Source: Asterias rubens (Eukaryota). Taken from it: a stretch of 64,000 nt of DNA. The stretch is from NCBI RefSeq assembly GCF_902459465.1, contig NC_047071.1, positions 8,556,001 through 8,620,000 on the forward strand. The letters run 5' to 3'. The notes beneath the pieces were generated by a model that worked only from the letters and a program-made list of their open reading frames with translations, did no database searches and had not been told where the DNA came from. The position numbers and the translations under genes are program-made. Below, piece after piece: positions 50,960-62,818 of the stretch (position 1 is the first letter of the stretch; the number at the start of each line of letters is the position of its first letter).

Positions 50960-51597
50960 TTGTAGGTGTAAGTTAACTGTTTTGTAGGTGCAAGTTTACT
51001 GTTTTGTAGGTGCAAGTTGACTGTTTTGTAGGTGCAAGTTTACTCCTGTTTTGTATGGTGCAAGTTTACTGTTTTGTATGGTGCAAGTTTACTCCTGTTT
51101 TGTATGGTGCAAGTTTACTGTTTTGTATGGTGCAAGTTTACTGTTTTGTAGGTGCAAGTTGACTGTTTTGTAGGTGCAAGTTTACTCCTGTTTTGTATGG
51201 TGCAAGTTTACTGTTTTGTATGGTGCAAGTTTACTCCTGTTTTGTATGGTGCAAGTTTACTGTTTTGTATGGTGCAAGTTTACTGTTTTGTATGGTGCAA
51301 GTTTACTGTTTTGTATGGTGCAAGTTTACTGTTTTGTATGGTGTAAGTTTACTGTTTTGTAGGTGTAAGTTTACTGTTTTGTAGGTGTAAGTTTACTGTT
51401 TTGTAGGTGCAAGTTTACTGTTTTGTAGGTGCAAGTTTACTGTTTTGTATGGTGCAAGTTTACTGTTTTGTATGGTGCAAGTTTACTGTTTTGTATGGTG
51501 TAAGTTTACTGTTTTGTAGGTGCAAGTTTACTGTTTTGCATGGTGCAAGTTTACTGTTTTGTAGGTGTAAATTTACTGTTTTGTATGGTGCAAGTTC
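50960..51597. repeat. 21-26-bp minisatellite (ggtgcaagtttactgttttgtat)
   Basis: Periodicity visible directly. Confidence 0.93.
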
Positions 51598-52698
51598 AAT
51601 ACACTAATCAAAATAATTATTGTCATTGAAATAACAAAAGTGGCAAATTAGACAATTTGTTTGGTAAAACAATGTAACTTCGCTTAAATATTAATAACAA
51701 CAAAACCATTTGTTATTTTCAAACGAGTTTTTTCTGGCTGATATGTCAACAACTCATAAATATTCTGTAACAGTTTTAGTTGAATAGAGAAATACATAAA
51801 AAAATGGCAGACGATGAATCTTTGAAGCACTTTTTCTTAAAATGCTCATTTTCGAGTTGCATTGTTTTGCCATGTGACGGCCGAGCGCATGGCGGCGCCC
51901 AATTGCTGGGTAGTCTTTGTGCCTAGTTTTGTGCACAAAGACACGAGCAAATCGTTTTCCTTTTCACTCTTTATGGGAATTGAATGTCTTCCTCGACAAT
52001 CTATGAAATTTCCTTGATATGGCTGCTTGATATAACAACGTACTACGTTCTTGATTTTTTTTTAAAGTTAAGCAGATAGTAAACTACTGAAATTCTGACA
52101 AAACACCTTGCCGATGTAATGCATTTTAGCGACTATTAAGCAGTTTCCGCGTCTATGACCCTAAACTCGCCTAAGACAATCACCTTTTTCAAGACGATTC
52201 GGCTTATATTTTATTGCAAATATTTGTGGTCAGTGATCGACATTGGTATATCATGATGTCCTGTTAAGGAAATTTTGTTATTCGTTGAGGAAAACATTTA
52301 ATTTCCATAAAGAGTAAAAAGAAACGTGATTTCCTCATGTCTTTGTGCACAAAACTGGGCACATGTACACCCCAGCAATGGCGCGCGGTGCTAAACACTT
52401 GCGCGCCCGGTGCGTGTCGGATACACCAAGTGAGAATACTGGTCTTTGACAATTACCAAAGGTGTTCAGTGCCTTAAACGTCAATCAGATTCATTAAGAG
52501 ATTGTTCAGACTTATATTGAACCTAATCAACCAGGCCTCAAAAGAAATCAAGTATACCCCCTCCCCCCCCCAATCATGCATTACCTAACAAATCTGTGAA
52601 CATTTGGGCTCAATTAGTCATCGAAGTTGCAAGAGAATAATGAAAGAAAAAAAACACTATTGTTGTTCAAAATAATTGATGTGCTTTCAGATGCATAG

Positions 52699-53087
52699 TT
52701 AAAGCCAGTGGACACTATTGGTAACTGTCAAAGACCAGTCTTCTCACTTGCTGTATCTCAACATATGCATAAAATAGCAAACCTGTGAAAATTTGAGCTC
52801 GATTGGTAGTCGGAGTTGCGAGATAACTATGAAAAAGAAACACCCTTGTCACACGAAGTTGTGTGCGTCCAGATGCTTGATTTCGGGACCTCAAATTCTA
52901 AACTTGAGGTCTCGAAATCAAATTCGTTGAAATTTACTTCTTTCTCGAAAACTACTCCACTTCAGAGGGAGCCGTTTCTCACAAGGCCTTTTACTACCAA
53001 CCTCTCCCCATTACTCGTTAACAAAATAAAGGTTTTATGCTAATAATTATTTTGAGTAATTATACCAATAGTGTCCACTGCCTTTAA
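52699..53087. mobile_element. MITE family A copy, reverse orientation
   Basis: ttaaagccagtggacac ... gtgtccactgcctttaa. Confidence 0.87.
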
Positions 53088-55007
53088 ACACTTCATTTAT
53101 TATTTTGAGTGAGAAGTCCCCTCTTTCTCAAAAACTACGTTACGTCACAATGTGTTATACTATCAACAGCTCTCAAATGCTCCCCCCCAATACCATCATG
53201 TACAGTTTGTGTCAAAATCCTTTGACGACATCAAGTTCATCCCTCAATTTTAAAGATATTTATCAAAATGTCATTGTATTTGACTTTTTGACTGGCATAA
53301 TAAAATTCCCTTTTCGCATTTTACAGACCCATTTCTTGTTTATGCTCGAAGACGTTTCGCAAATGTCGCTATGAAAGAGTATCAGATATAATGAAATTTT
53401 ACACCGTTTTGCTGTGAAGTTATAGATTTGAATTTCTTCCCGGCCTCCATGAGGCCTCTCATAAAACTGAGTGCATGACAAAAATGTATTGACATTAAAG
53501 GATGGAAACTTTTTATAACACAAAACACAACGTCCACAGATTTACATATCTCTTGCCGTTTGAAGATAATCATGGTAGAAAAATGCCCTTAAAATATTAC
53601 TTGCTGAGGTGATATAGTTTTTGAGAAATGAATAAAACAAGTCACGAACATATTTTAGCATGTGAAAACGTACTTTCGTGACATTGTTTTACTCATTTCT
53701 CAAAAACTATATCACCTCAGCAAGTAGTATTTTAAGGTAAGCTTTCTACTATCGTTATCTTCAAACGGTGTAAGTTTAATGTAAATCTGTGGACATTGTG
53801 TTTTGTGTTACAAGAAGTACTCAAATCCTTTAAAGCCCCCTTCTAGCCCCTTTTGGGGACAGAATAAGTCAAAATCCTTTAATCCTTCTAGAAACTAGTA
53901 GGGGCCCACTATGCTGCAATAAAGAGTGACTTTAAAAAGAAAAACTATACACACTTGTGAAGTTGAATTTTCTTAGGCTTTCAACTGAAAGCATTCATAA
54001 ATATCCTTGTGAAATTTTCCAACCATATCAGGTCTATAACTATTTTTTATTTCAAAAAGTTTTTGTTTGTGTGTTTGGTTATAGTACACGTATTTCAATA
54101 GATTACATAATGAAAAAAAAAAAAAAATGCTGGCCAAAAATAGAATCGGGGTTTGTAATTTTCTAAGTTGATCAGATTATTTAGAACTGATGTGTAAACC
54201 ACTAACGAATGGGATAAGATTGCAAGGATTGGGTAAATATAATGTGTAGAGAGATGCACTAACCAGAGTGACAGCCGCTGCAGTATACAAGAGCACGGCG
54301 CACTTTTCGTCGAAAGAAGGGCTCGCCCTGGTGTTTCCAGCATAGTATTGTACCAATATGCACCGCCTCATTAAAAGATATGGTGCTGTTTTATGGTTGC
54401 CTCATTAAATAATTCATACCAAATAATGCTTCTTCCGATTTAATATTCGGTACCAGGAGTCGTATGACATCGTTGTTATATTCGTTTATTAGTTCACGGT
54501 TTATATTTCAGACCAAGTCATCACATACTAAGTGCGAAGCCGTGATCCCATAACAACAGAATGGATTAACCCAATGCTGTGCAGTTATATCAATAACAAA
54601 GGATGGAGAAGCAAGACAAATGAGCCATTACAATACGGTGCGCATTGACTGAAGTCATCAGTATTGTACACAGTCTATTGATAGTTATCTTGATCTATAG
54701 GGAGACTGCGAAGAGCTACATTTTAGCATTTCATCGTCATTATTCACCAACGACCAATGGATATGTTTTGTCACGAACACGTTCCAATTTAGATTGATTC
54801 TTTAGCTCCGTTTCTGTGCAGTTTACTGATGATGTATCAAGTTTATGTGTGCGTCGTCAGTCAACTTGGTTCTTCCTGGATCTGCTTGTGCGTATATTTT
54901 CCTGTATTGAGTAATCTTGACTTACACAAAAAACTGTGGTTTTGATTGAATCGGTATTGTATAACGAGACGGGACTTTGCAGACGAACTTGTTTCGCATT
55001 TGGAATC

Positions 55008-56363
55008 ATGAATGATTCAAGCGTAGAGCCGGTAGTTATTGATCCCTCACTGTATCCCTACGAGGCTCGCGTCGGATTAGTTTGCGTGTGGATCTTGGTT
55101 TCCATCCTCGGCCTAGTAGGAAACAGTCTCGTCATCTGGTCCGTCATCCTGTCCAAGAAACTCCGCACCGTGACCAACGCCTTCGTGGTCAACCTCAGCG
55201 TGGCTGATTTCTGGACCAGTCTCTCCTACCCGTGGATTTCAGTAGCTTTGCTTAGCCATGGAAGCTGGCCCTTGGCGTCAGAGGTCCCGTGTGTCATCGC
55301 TGCAGTACAGTTTTACACCGGTCTTGGTGCAAGTATCTACTCGTTGGCCTCCATAGCTTTGAATCGCATGGTTCTCATCACCCAATCCATAGATTCTTAT
55401 AGTTGGTGGTACACCCCGCGAAAAGTAGCCGTCATGATCGCAATGACTTGGGTTATCCCGTGTATTGTGTTTTTCCTCCCGCCGCTTCTTGGCATAGGCT
55501 CCATTGGTTACGATCCACAAGACAATACATGTTCAGATAAAGATGGTCACCCAAGAGGCCCTGAATACAACTTGGCCCAATCTCTGGGTCTATACCCAGT
55601 CCCAATGCTCATCATCATCTGTTGCTACACGGCACTCTACATCCACCTCAAACAACACTTCAGGAAGATGAAGAAGAAGGACAACATGCAGAATATAAGA
55701 TCAAGACAAACCATCGCAGAAACTTCTGTCAGCTTTTCGGTTGCCATTGTGGCTTCTTCTGGAGAAACCAACGTCAGCGGAGACCTCAGCACATATATCC
55801 CGTCAACTGTTGAACCATTGGTTGGGGAAACATCCAGCAGATCCAATGCAGTTTCTGAAGATTTATCCGAAATTACATTTCTTGATGACACTCAAGCTAA
55901 AACCCCCGTTAACGACAGTGCAAAACATAGCGCTGCTAGGGAGCTTTCGCAGACGCTCAGTGTCGATACAACTACGCGTTGCCAATCTCATGTCCACAAC
56001 CGCGTCAGTACAGCCAGTCCCATCAACTCAGTGAGCACCTTACAAGACTCCAGCGTGAGACACCGTCAAGCAATCAGCCGCCAGCAACTAGCCATCACCA
56101 AGAACCTCTTCCTTGTGTTTTGCATCTTCACATTGTTACTGTCTCCTTACTTTATCTCTCTCGCTATACCATCCAGTCGTAAGTTTGCTCTTTACGGAGC
56201 AACCATTACTATTTTCAATAGCTGTGTAAACCCCATCATCTACGCCATCAGCCACCCACAGTTTAAAGTGGTAATGAGGAAGGTCATCAAGTGCCGCTTA
56301 TCGGAGATACCAGAACCCTCGGATAGTCTGAAGTCCGTTCTGACACGTGTACGCAGAACCTAA
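55008..56363 (+). CDS. Intronless class A GPCR, cluster gene 8, long-ICL3 form (likely start MNDSSVEP at 55008; ORF from 54936)
   Basis: 7TM motifs; N-terminus and upstream DNA resemble gene 5; divergent C-terminus EPSDSLKSVLTRVRRT is the first unit of the downstream tandem array. Confidence 0.93.
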   Translation: MNDSSVEPVVIDPSLYPYEARVGLVCVWILVSILGLVGNSLVIWSVILSKKLRTVTNAFVVNLSVADFWTSLSYPWISVALLSHGSWPLASEVPCVIAAVQFYTGLGASIYSLASIALNRMVLITQSIDSYSWWYTPRKVAVMIAMTWVIPCIVFFLPPLLGIGSIGYDPQDNTCSDKDGHPRGPEYNLAQSLGLYPVPMLIIICCYTALYIHLKQHFRKMKKKDNMQNIRSRQTIAETSVSFSVAIVASSGETNVSGDLSTYIPSTVEPLVGETSSRSNAVSEDLSEITFLDDTQAKTPVNDSAKHSAARELSQTLSVDTTTRCQSHVHNRVSTASPINSVSTLQDSSVRHRQAISRQQLAITKNLFLVFCIFTLLLSPYFISLAIPSSRKFALYGATITIFNSCVNPIIYAISHPQFKVVMRKVIKCRLSEIPEPSDSLKSVLTRVRRT

Positions 56364-57185
56364 TGATAGAACAAACTTCGGATATTCTTGAGTCCGTTCT
56401 GACACGTGTACGCAGAACCTAATGATAGAACAAAGGTACCTTCGAATAGTCTCAAGTCCGTTCTGACACGTGTACGCAGAACCTAATGATAGAACAAAGA
56501 ACATTCGGATTAGTCTGAAGTCCGTTCTGACACGTCTACGCAGAACCTAATAGTAGAACAAGGGAACCTTCGGAAAGTCTCAAGTCCGTTCTGACACGTG
56601 TACGAAGAACCTAATATTAGAACAAAGGAACCTTCGGATGGTCTGAGGTCCGTTCTGACACGTCTACGCAGAACCTAATGATAGAACAAAGAACATTCGG
56701 ATAGTCTGAAGTCCGTTCTGACACGTCTACGCAGAACCTAATAATAGAACAAAGGAACCTTCGGATAGTCTGAAGTCCGTTCTGACACATGTACGCAGAA
56801 CCTAATGATAGAACAAAGGAATCTTCGGATAGTCTCAAGTCCGTTCTGACACGTCTACGCAGAACCTAATGATAGAACAAAGAACATTCGGATAGTCTGA
56901 TGAAGTCCGTTCTGACACGTCTACGCAGAACCTAATGGTAGAACAAGGGAACCTTCGGACAGTCTCAAGTCCGTTCTGACACGTCTACGCAGAACCTAAT
57001 GGTAGAACAAGGGAACCTTCGGATAGTCTGAAATCCGTTCTAACACTTCTACGCAGAACCTAATGGTAGAACCTTCGAATAGTCTCAAGTCCGTTCTGAC
57101 AGGTCTATGCAGAACCTAATGATAGAACAAAGGAACCTTCGGATTAGTCTGAAATCTGTTCTGACACGTCTACGCCGAACCTTAC
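56313..57185 (+). repeat. ~63-bp tandem repeat, about 14 units, derived from the GPCR gene 8 C-terminus and stop codons
   Basis: Unit gaaccttcggatagtctgaagtccgttctgacacgtgtacgcagaacctaatgatagaacaaag; the first unit lies inside the CDS. Confidence 0.93.
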
Positions 57186-58009
57186 GATGGAACAAAACCC
57201 CGATGGTGCGAGGCTGCTCGCTGCTCATGGCTGCTCGCTGCTCATTGTTGCCGGATTTCTTGTAAAGGTGGTACTGCTCTTGATGATCGTGCTGCATATC
57301 ATTATAGAGGCTGATTCTAGTAGAGCTATTCTTGTAAACCTCTACATGGCATTAAAGGCCGCTTGTATTGCGTAACCTCAAATTTGTCTCCTCAACATGA
57401 CCATTGTACAATGGATTTCCGACATTCATTGAAATTTAGCTATTTTTCCCCAAGATGTGAACCACACCAATATGACTGTGCAAGTCTCGTGCGTATTCTC
57501 GACATTATTTCTTTTACGCGTTGAAACAAATATGTACATAATTAGTGATACTAAAATGGTCTAAAAAACTCAAGACTTGTATACATGTAGTTTATTAAAT
57601 TGTGCTGAGATTTGTTTTCCGTTTGACATATCTGGGCAAAGAATAGATTTCCCAACTGTTCGATTGTTTTAATATTACACATACACAAACTAACCTGGTG
57701 TAAAAACATCATTTGAAAGTAGCGTTTTGGGGATATCGCTAAGACTCCGGAGTGCAGGAGGGATAATCCGTAATTAGAATACATATGTGAGAAATGTTTC
57801 TGACTGTAACGTTTCTCAAATTCAATTATTTTTGGGTAAAACTTAAATCTTTTTCCATTCATTTCTCGAAATAAAAATACTCCTCAAAAGTGCTTTATTT
57901 TGTCGAAAGCTGTTACTTGGCACTAGTTGTTATAAAGAAAATGCTATGTGCAAAAACACATAACAGCTGAATGTTAATGGTAATAATTGTATTCATTATA
58001 ATAAAAGTT

Positions 58010-58375
58010 AAATTTTACACCGCGCTTTATCGCAGCCCGAAGGGCGTATCAAAGTGCTTCTACATTCCTTGATCTCAGCTCACATGGGAGTATACAGCCA
58101 GTGCTGCAAGTTACCTAGCCTTTATTCAAAGCGCACGCGGCGGCGGCATCCCCAGATGGAACGCACGATTCGCCGCTCGCGTTATATCTGGGGTCGTGCT
58201 TGACATCTGGGGGTGCCGCGTGCGCCTTGACTAAAGGCTACGAGTTACCGTGCTCAAAGCTAATCGTTCACATAAACCATCTCTGCCCTTACAGAAATTA
58301 TTGTTTACCAATGGGTGGAGAGAAAGCTTATGGTTAAGTGTTTTGCTCAAGGACACAAAGTGTCACGACTGGGAT
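58010..58375 (-). mobile_element. Degraded tRNA-SINE interrupted by a MITE
   Basis: gggtggagagaaagcttatggttaagtgttttgctcaaggacacaaagtgtcacgac matches the 44-kb copy. Confidence 0.7.
58116..58240. mobile_element. 125-bp MITE with TAGCC termini and an 8/9-matching TSD, inserted in a SINE
   Basis: tagcctttattcaaagcgcacgcggc ... gccgcgtgcgccttgactaaaggcta; flanks caagttacc and cgagttacc. Confidence 0.8.
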
Positions 58376-59561
58376 TTTCATATGAATTCAAATCGGTTCT
58401 CTGGTTTTGGGTCCGCCGAGATCATGATATTAATTACAAGCCTGTTCATCAATCATTGCGTGTTGTTATTCGGTACTTTTTGTACTCCGGGTTTTTCCCT
58501 CGTACTTCCCCATTGCACATCCGCGTGGATGGCCAGAGAACCCGGTCTTGGACTTCCCCTGTCCGGACATACATCAGTTCAAATAACGTTCAATGTTGGG
58601 TGAATCTAGTTACACATCCTATGCCACCCGCTCATCATTAAACAAAACCTGCTACATATCCCCAAAACTAAGCCACGTACGGGAAATCATGCTTTTCAAG
58701 CCGCTACTCCCGGCTCTGGAATTCCTTTTCCCCGTGTAACATTCGCGAAGCAACGAACTGGAGCTGTTCAAAAATAGACTCTAGACTCATTTTTTTTTTT
58801 TTTAGTCCGGCATTTTTCTTTTTTTTGCTGGTATTGGTCTTTGTATATTTGTCATAGCATTGTTTGGTTTTCTCTTTCAAATTCGGCAAATGAGCAATCA
58901 ATTTCATTTACATGCGTTCGAATTAAAGCTGTTTTGCCTCTCGAGTTGTTACTGCGTTTCAAATTCAGAATCCGGCCATTCAATTTCGTTTTGGGTCGAG
59001 TCAAATTTCTTAGCACTATGTTCAATTTAGCATAGCGTCATTCTTTTTCGTGACACACGCCTCAAGAAGCGTCTGCGAATTGGAGTGCTGCTTTGATGAA
59101 TTGTTAAATCGCATGATTATTTTTGTTAAGTCGAATGGCGCAACATTACATTTGACTAATCCCAAAACGAAATCGAATGACCCTTTTGAGTAGCACTCGA
59201 TTTTGCGCGAAATAGAATTGCTTGGTGGTTAAATTGGCTGCTCATGTTCCGAAATTGACCGAGAAAACCTATATTAGTACTGTTATTGTTATTATTATTA
59301 TCCAACGCTGTGATTTAATGTACGACTATGGAAGACTATACGACTATAGTTATTATTTCAGTTCCCCTTCACAACGTTGTAGACTACATAATCTGCGAAA
59401 CGTATCCGACAGTAATGTTTCTCAGATTCAAACTGATAGAAACTGGAATCATTTTCAATAAACACATGAACAGAGTTCATTTCAAAGTGAAATGATTCCC
59501 AAAATCCTTTCTATTGACAAGTTACTGTACTTTTAACCAAGTAAATTGATTGCCATTAAAT

Positions 59562-60281
59562 TTAAAGGCAGTGGACACTATTGGTAATTACTCAAAATAA
59601 TTATTAGCATAAAACCTTTCTTGGTGACGAGTAATGGGGAGAGATTGATGGTACAAAACATTGTGAGAAACGGCTCCCTCTGAAGTGCCATAGTTTTCGA
59701 GAAAGAAGTAATTTTCCATGGATTTGATTTCGATACCTCAAGTTTAGAACTTGAGGTCTCGAAATCAACCATCTAAACGCACGTTCGCAAGTTCGATGAC
59801 CGATTGAGCTCAAATTTTCACAGGTTTGCTATTTAATGCATATGTTGAGATACACCAACTGTGAAGGCTAGTCTTGGACAATTTCCAATAGTGTCCACTG
59901 GCTTTAAAGACACTGGACACTAAAGACCATTCTTCTTGCTCGGTGTATCCCAACATAATGCATAAAATAACAAACCTGTGAAAATTTAAGCTCAATTGGT
60001 CGGCGAAGTTGCGAGATAATAGGGAAAGAAAAAACACGCTTGCCACACGAAGTTGTGTGCTTATAGATGCTCGATTTCGAGACCTCAAATTCTAAATGTG
60101 AGGTCTCGAAATCAAATTCGTTGAAAATTTCTTCTTTCTCGAAAACTCTACGTTACTTCAGAGGGAGCCGTTTCTCACAATGTTATATACTATCAATAGC
60201 TCCCCATTACTCGTTGCCAAATAAGGTTTTATGCTAATGATTATTTTGAGTAATTACCAATAGTGTCCATCCTGCCTTTAA
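59562..60281. mobile_element. Two adjacent MITE family A copies in opposite orientation, sharing the TTAA at 59904-59907
   Basis: ...gtgtccactggct-ttaa-agacactggacac...; both bodies are homologous to family A. Confidence 0.83.
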
Positions 60282-61817
60282 GAATGGTTACCAAACGTGT
60301 ACCTTCCCTTCACGTTAAGCTTCTCTGTATTCATGTTAGGGATTAATCGTCCTGAGTGGACATTTTTATTCCCACCGGATTTTCTGAGATCTAAAATAAA
60401 AAGCGACCTTTTGAATGGAAATTTCCAGATGTTAGTTTTTTTGTATAAATGACAGTCGATGTGATTGACAGTCGTTGTAATAATGCATATACTCGAGAAG
60501 ATGGCATTAGCCAAGTACGCAGCAAGGACAACGATAAAGAAAACAACTCACAATCAGAATTGCTATTCCCTGAAGTGTATGAATAATATTCTGAAAAGAG
60601 CAGAATAGACAATTAAGACAACTGAAAACCATTGTTTATTAGAGTATGCATTTATTTATCAATTGGATTTTTGTTATGTTGACATTCTCAAGACTTACTG
60701 AAGAACAACAAAAATAAAAACTATGTAAATATTTAATTTTAGGACACACAAATATACACGATTTAATATATTTTATGTTATTTTCGTTTGATGGGTTCTT
60801 CTTCATTGGTGTTACCGCTTCGTAGACTTTATTTAAATATCGTGCTATGAGGTTTTCTTAATTTCGTCATTTGAAGACACCTTCTATGTGTAGGCTTTTT
60901 GTATGATTACCGAATCGACTCACGAACAATGTTTCTAGATTAGTAGAGATTAAACGTACACACAGAGGAAAGATTACACAACTTGTGTAAAATATTACCT
61001 GTTTTAGATGTAGTGGGCGAACACCATAACTATTAGGTAAAACTTTACCCAACAGGCGTTGGGTAATATCTTGCTTAATAGCTGTGTAAAAGTTTACATA
61101 AATATTGGGTAGTTTTCTTTACTGAATTGTTGGGTAAACCCACTCATGTAAAATATTACTTAATTGTGACGTAAGACTTTACCGCTTTACAATGTAAATA
61201 GTTGTGTAAAACTTTACATCAATATTGGGTATTTTTTTTTACTGAATTGCTGGGTATAAATCCACTCATGTAAAATAATTACTCAATTTTGAAGTATAGA
61301 TTTTACCGATTTTTAATGTAAACTGTGTGCCTTTAAAACTGGTAATAATATACACAATGCTTGTGTTGAATACTAGCAAAGTGTTATTTCATGGAGTTTA
61401 GGGCTGTAATAAATGGACACATCATAAATACTGAGACTTGGCGACTACAACATGAATTTCAAGATAACAACTTTTTAATAAAAATTTAATGGTAATAATA
61501 TTAACAATCCAAAACATCACATGTGCAAAATGGGGTTTTCTGTATGTTTCATAATCAGTCAACAATTTCAGTGAATTAAAAAAATTACAAAAAATCTACC
61601 TAATTGGCAAGGTCAGAATAAATACTTCCAGGCTAACACAGTTTAAACTGTAAGGTTGTTCCATAAATCAAAACTATCACAACTATCACATCTCTTATGA
61701 TTTTGATACTTTATTGCAAACAATTTGTGCAAGAACTTCTTTAACTACAATGCTTCTGGAATGGTCAAATTACATTAATTGGCAAGGTCAGAATAAATAC
61801 TTCCAGGCTAACACAGC

Positions 61818-62002
61818 TTAAAGAAGAACTCCAAGGTCAAATTCAATTTTGGGTTTGAACAATTTGTATGGGGAATTATTGGTTTATCCTAATTGTCGCT
61901 AAGCAATCAAAACGGTGTTGAATTTGACATTTTGACAAATTTGACAAAAACTGGAAGGGTATTGAATACAAATTTGAATTTGACCTTTGAGTTCCTATTT
62001 AA
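61818..62002. mobile_element. TTAA-flanked 185-bp MITE inside the terminal tandem array (second copy in the next unit)
   Basis: ttaaagaagaactccaaggtcaaattcaa ... ttgaatttgacctttgagttcctatttaa; empty site acacagtttaaactgt near 61645. Confidence 0.8.
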
Positions 62003-62097
62003 ACTGTAAGGTTGTTCCATAAATCCAAACTATCACAACTATCACATCTCTTATGATTTTGATACGTATTTGCAAACATTTTGTGCAAGAACTTTCA

Positions 62098-62818
62098 CTG
62101 CACCACCCGAGTTTCTGAAAACCAATTTTTCAAGATTCTTGCAGTAAACACCTGGAATCGTAGTTCAATTTTTAACAGATAGCTTAATATTTATGCACAA
62201 TTTTTTACCCTTTTGGTAATGTTTGTATAAAAGTACAAGCTCCCATTGGGAACAATAATCAGCTCTCGAATATTTTTTTGTAAGGATAAAATGGACACAA
62301 TAGCTTTTCAAGGCTTTTATCTGGCTCAATGCTCATACTAATTAAATGCGAAGGCGTTAGTTTTCGACAATATCATCAATCATTAATGATGAATAAATAC
62401 AGTTTCCTTTGTGCTTACTAATTAGTATGAGCTAAATTATTTCATCGAAGCTAATGACGATGAAATAATTTAGCTCATACCAATTAGTAAACACAAAGGA
62501 AACTGTATTTATTCATCATTAATATTGATATTGTCGAAAACTAACGCCTTCGCATTTAATTAGTTTGAGCATTGAGTCAGATTAAAGCCTTGAAAAGCTA
62601 TTGTGTCCATTTTATCCTTCCAAAAAAATATTCGAGAGCCGATTATTGTTCCCAATGGGAGCTTGTACTTTTATACAAACATTACCGAAAGGGTAAAAAA
62701 TTGTGCATAAATATTAAGCTATCTTTTAAAAATTGAACTACGATTCCAGTTATTTACTGCAAGAATCTTGAAAAATTGGTTTTCAGAAACTCGGGCGGTG
62801 CAGGGACTAGAGGGTTAA
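62098..62818. mobile_element. ~700-bp foldback element with a piggyBac-like right end (..agggTTAA); second copy at 63172-63889
   Basis: Arms of about 350 bp around a 10-nt loop (62448-62457). TTAA followed by CCC termini is the established piggyBac signature; the left end lacks the terminal bases. Confidence 0.82.

Noticed and set aside
56313-57185. CRISPR-like array or other repeat-spacer system
   Set aside because: Units are contiguous near-identical repeats without unique spacers, there are no cas genes, and the context is eukaryotic. The same applies to the other minisatellites.
60303-60590. Possible minus-strand exon (ttttcag acceptor, ag|gtac donor) with a hydrophobic TM-like stretch
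   Set aside because: No reading frame is open across the interval; the TM-like reading needs a frameshift and shows no recognisable motif.
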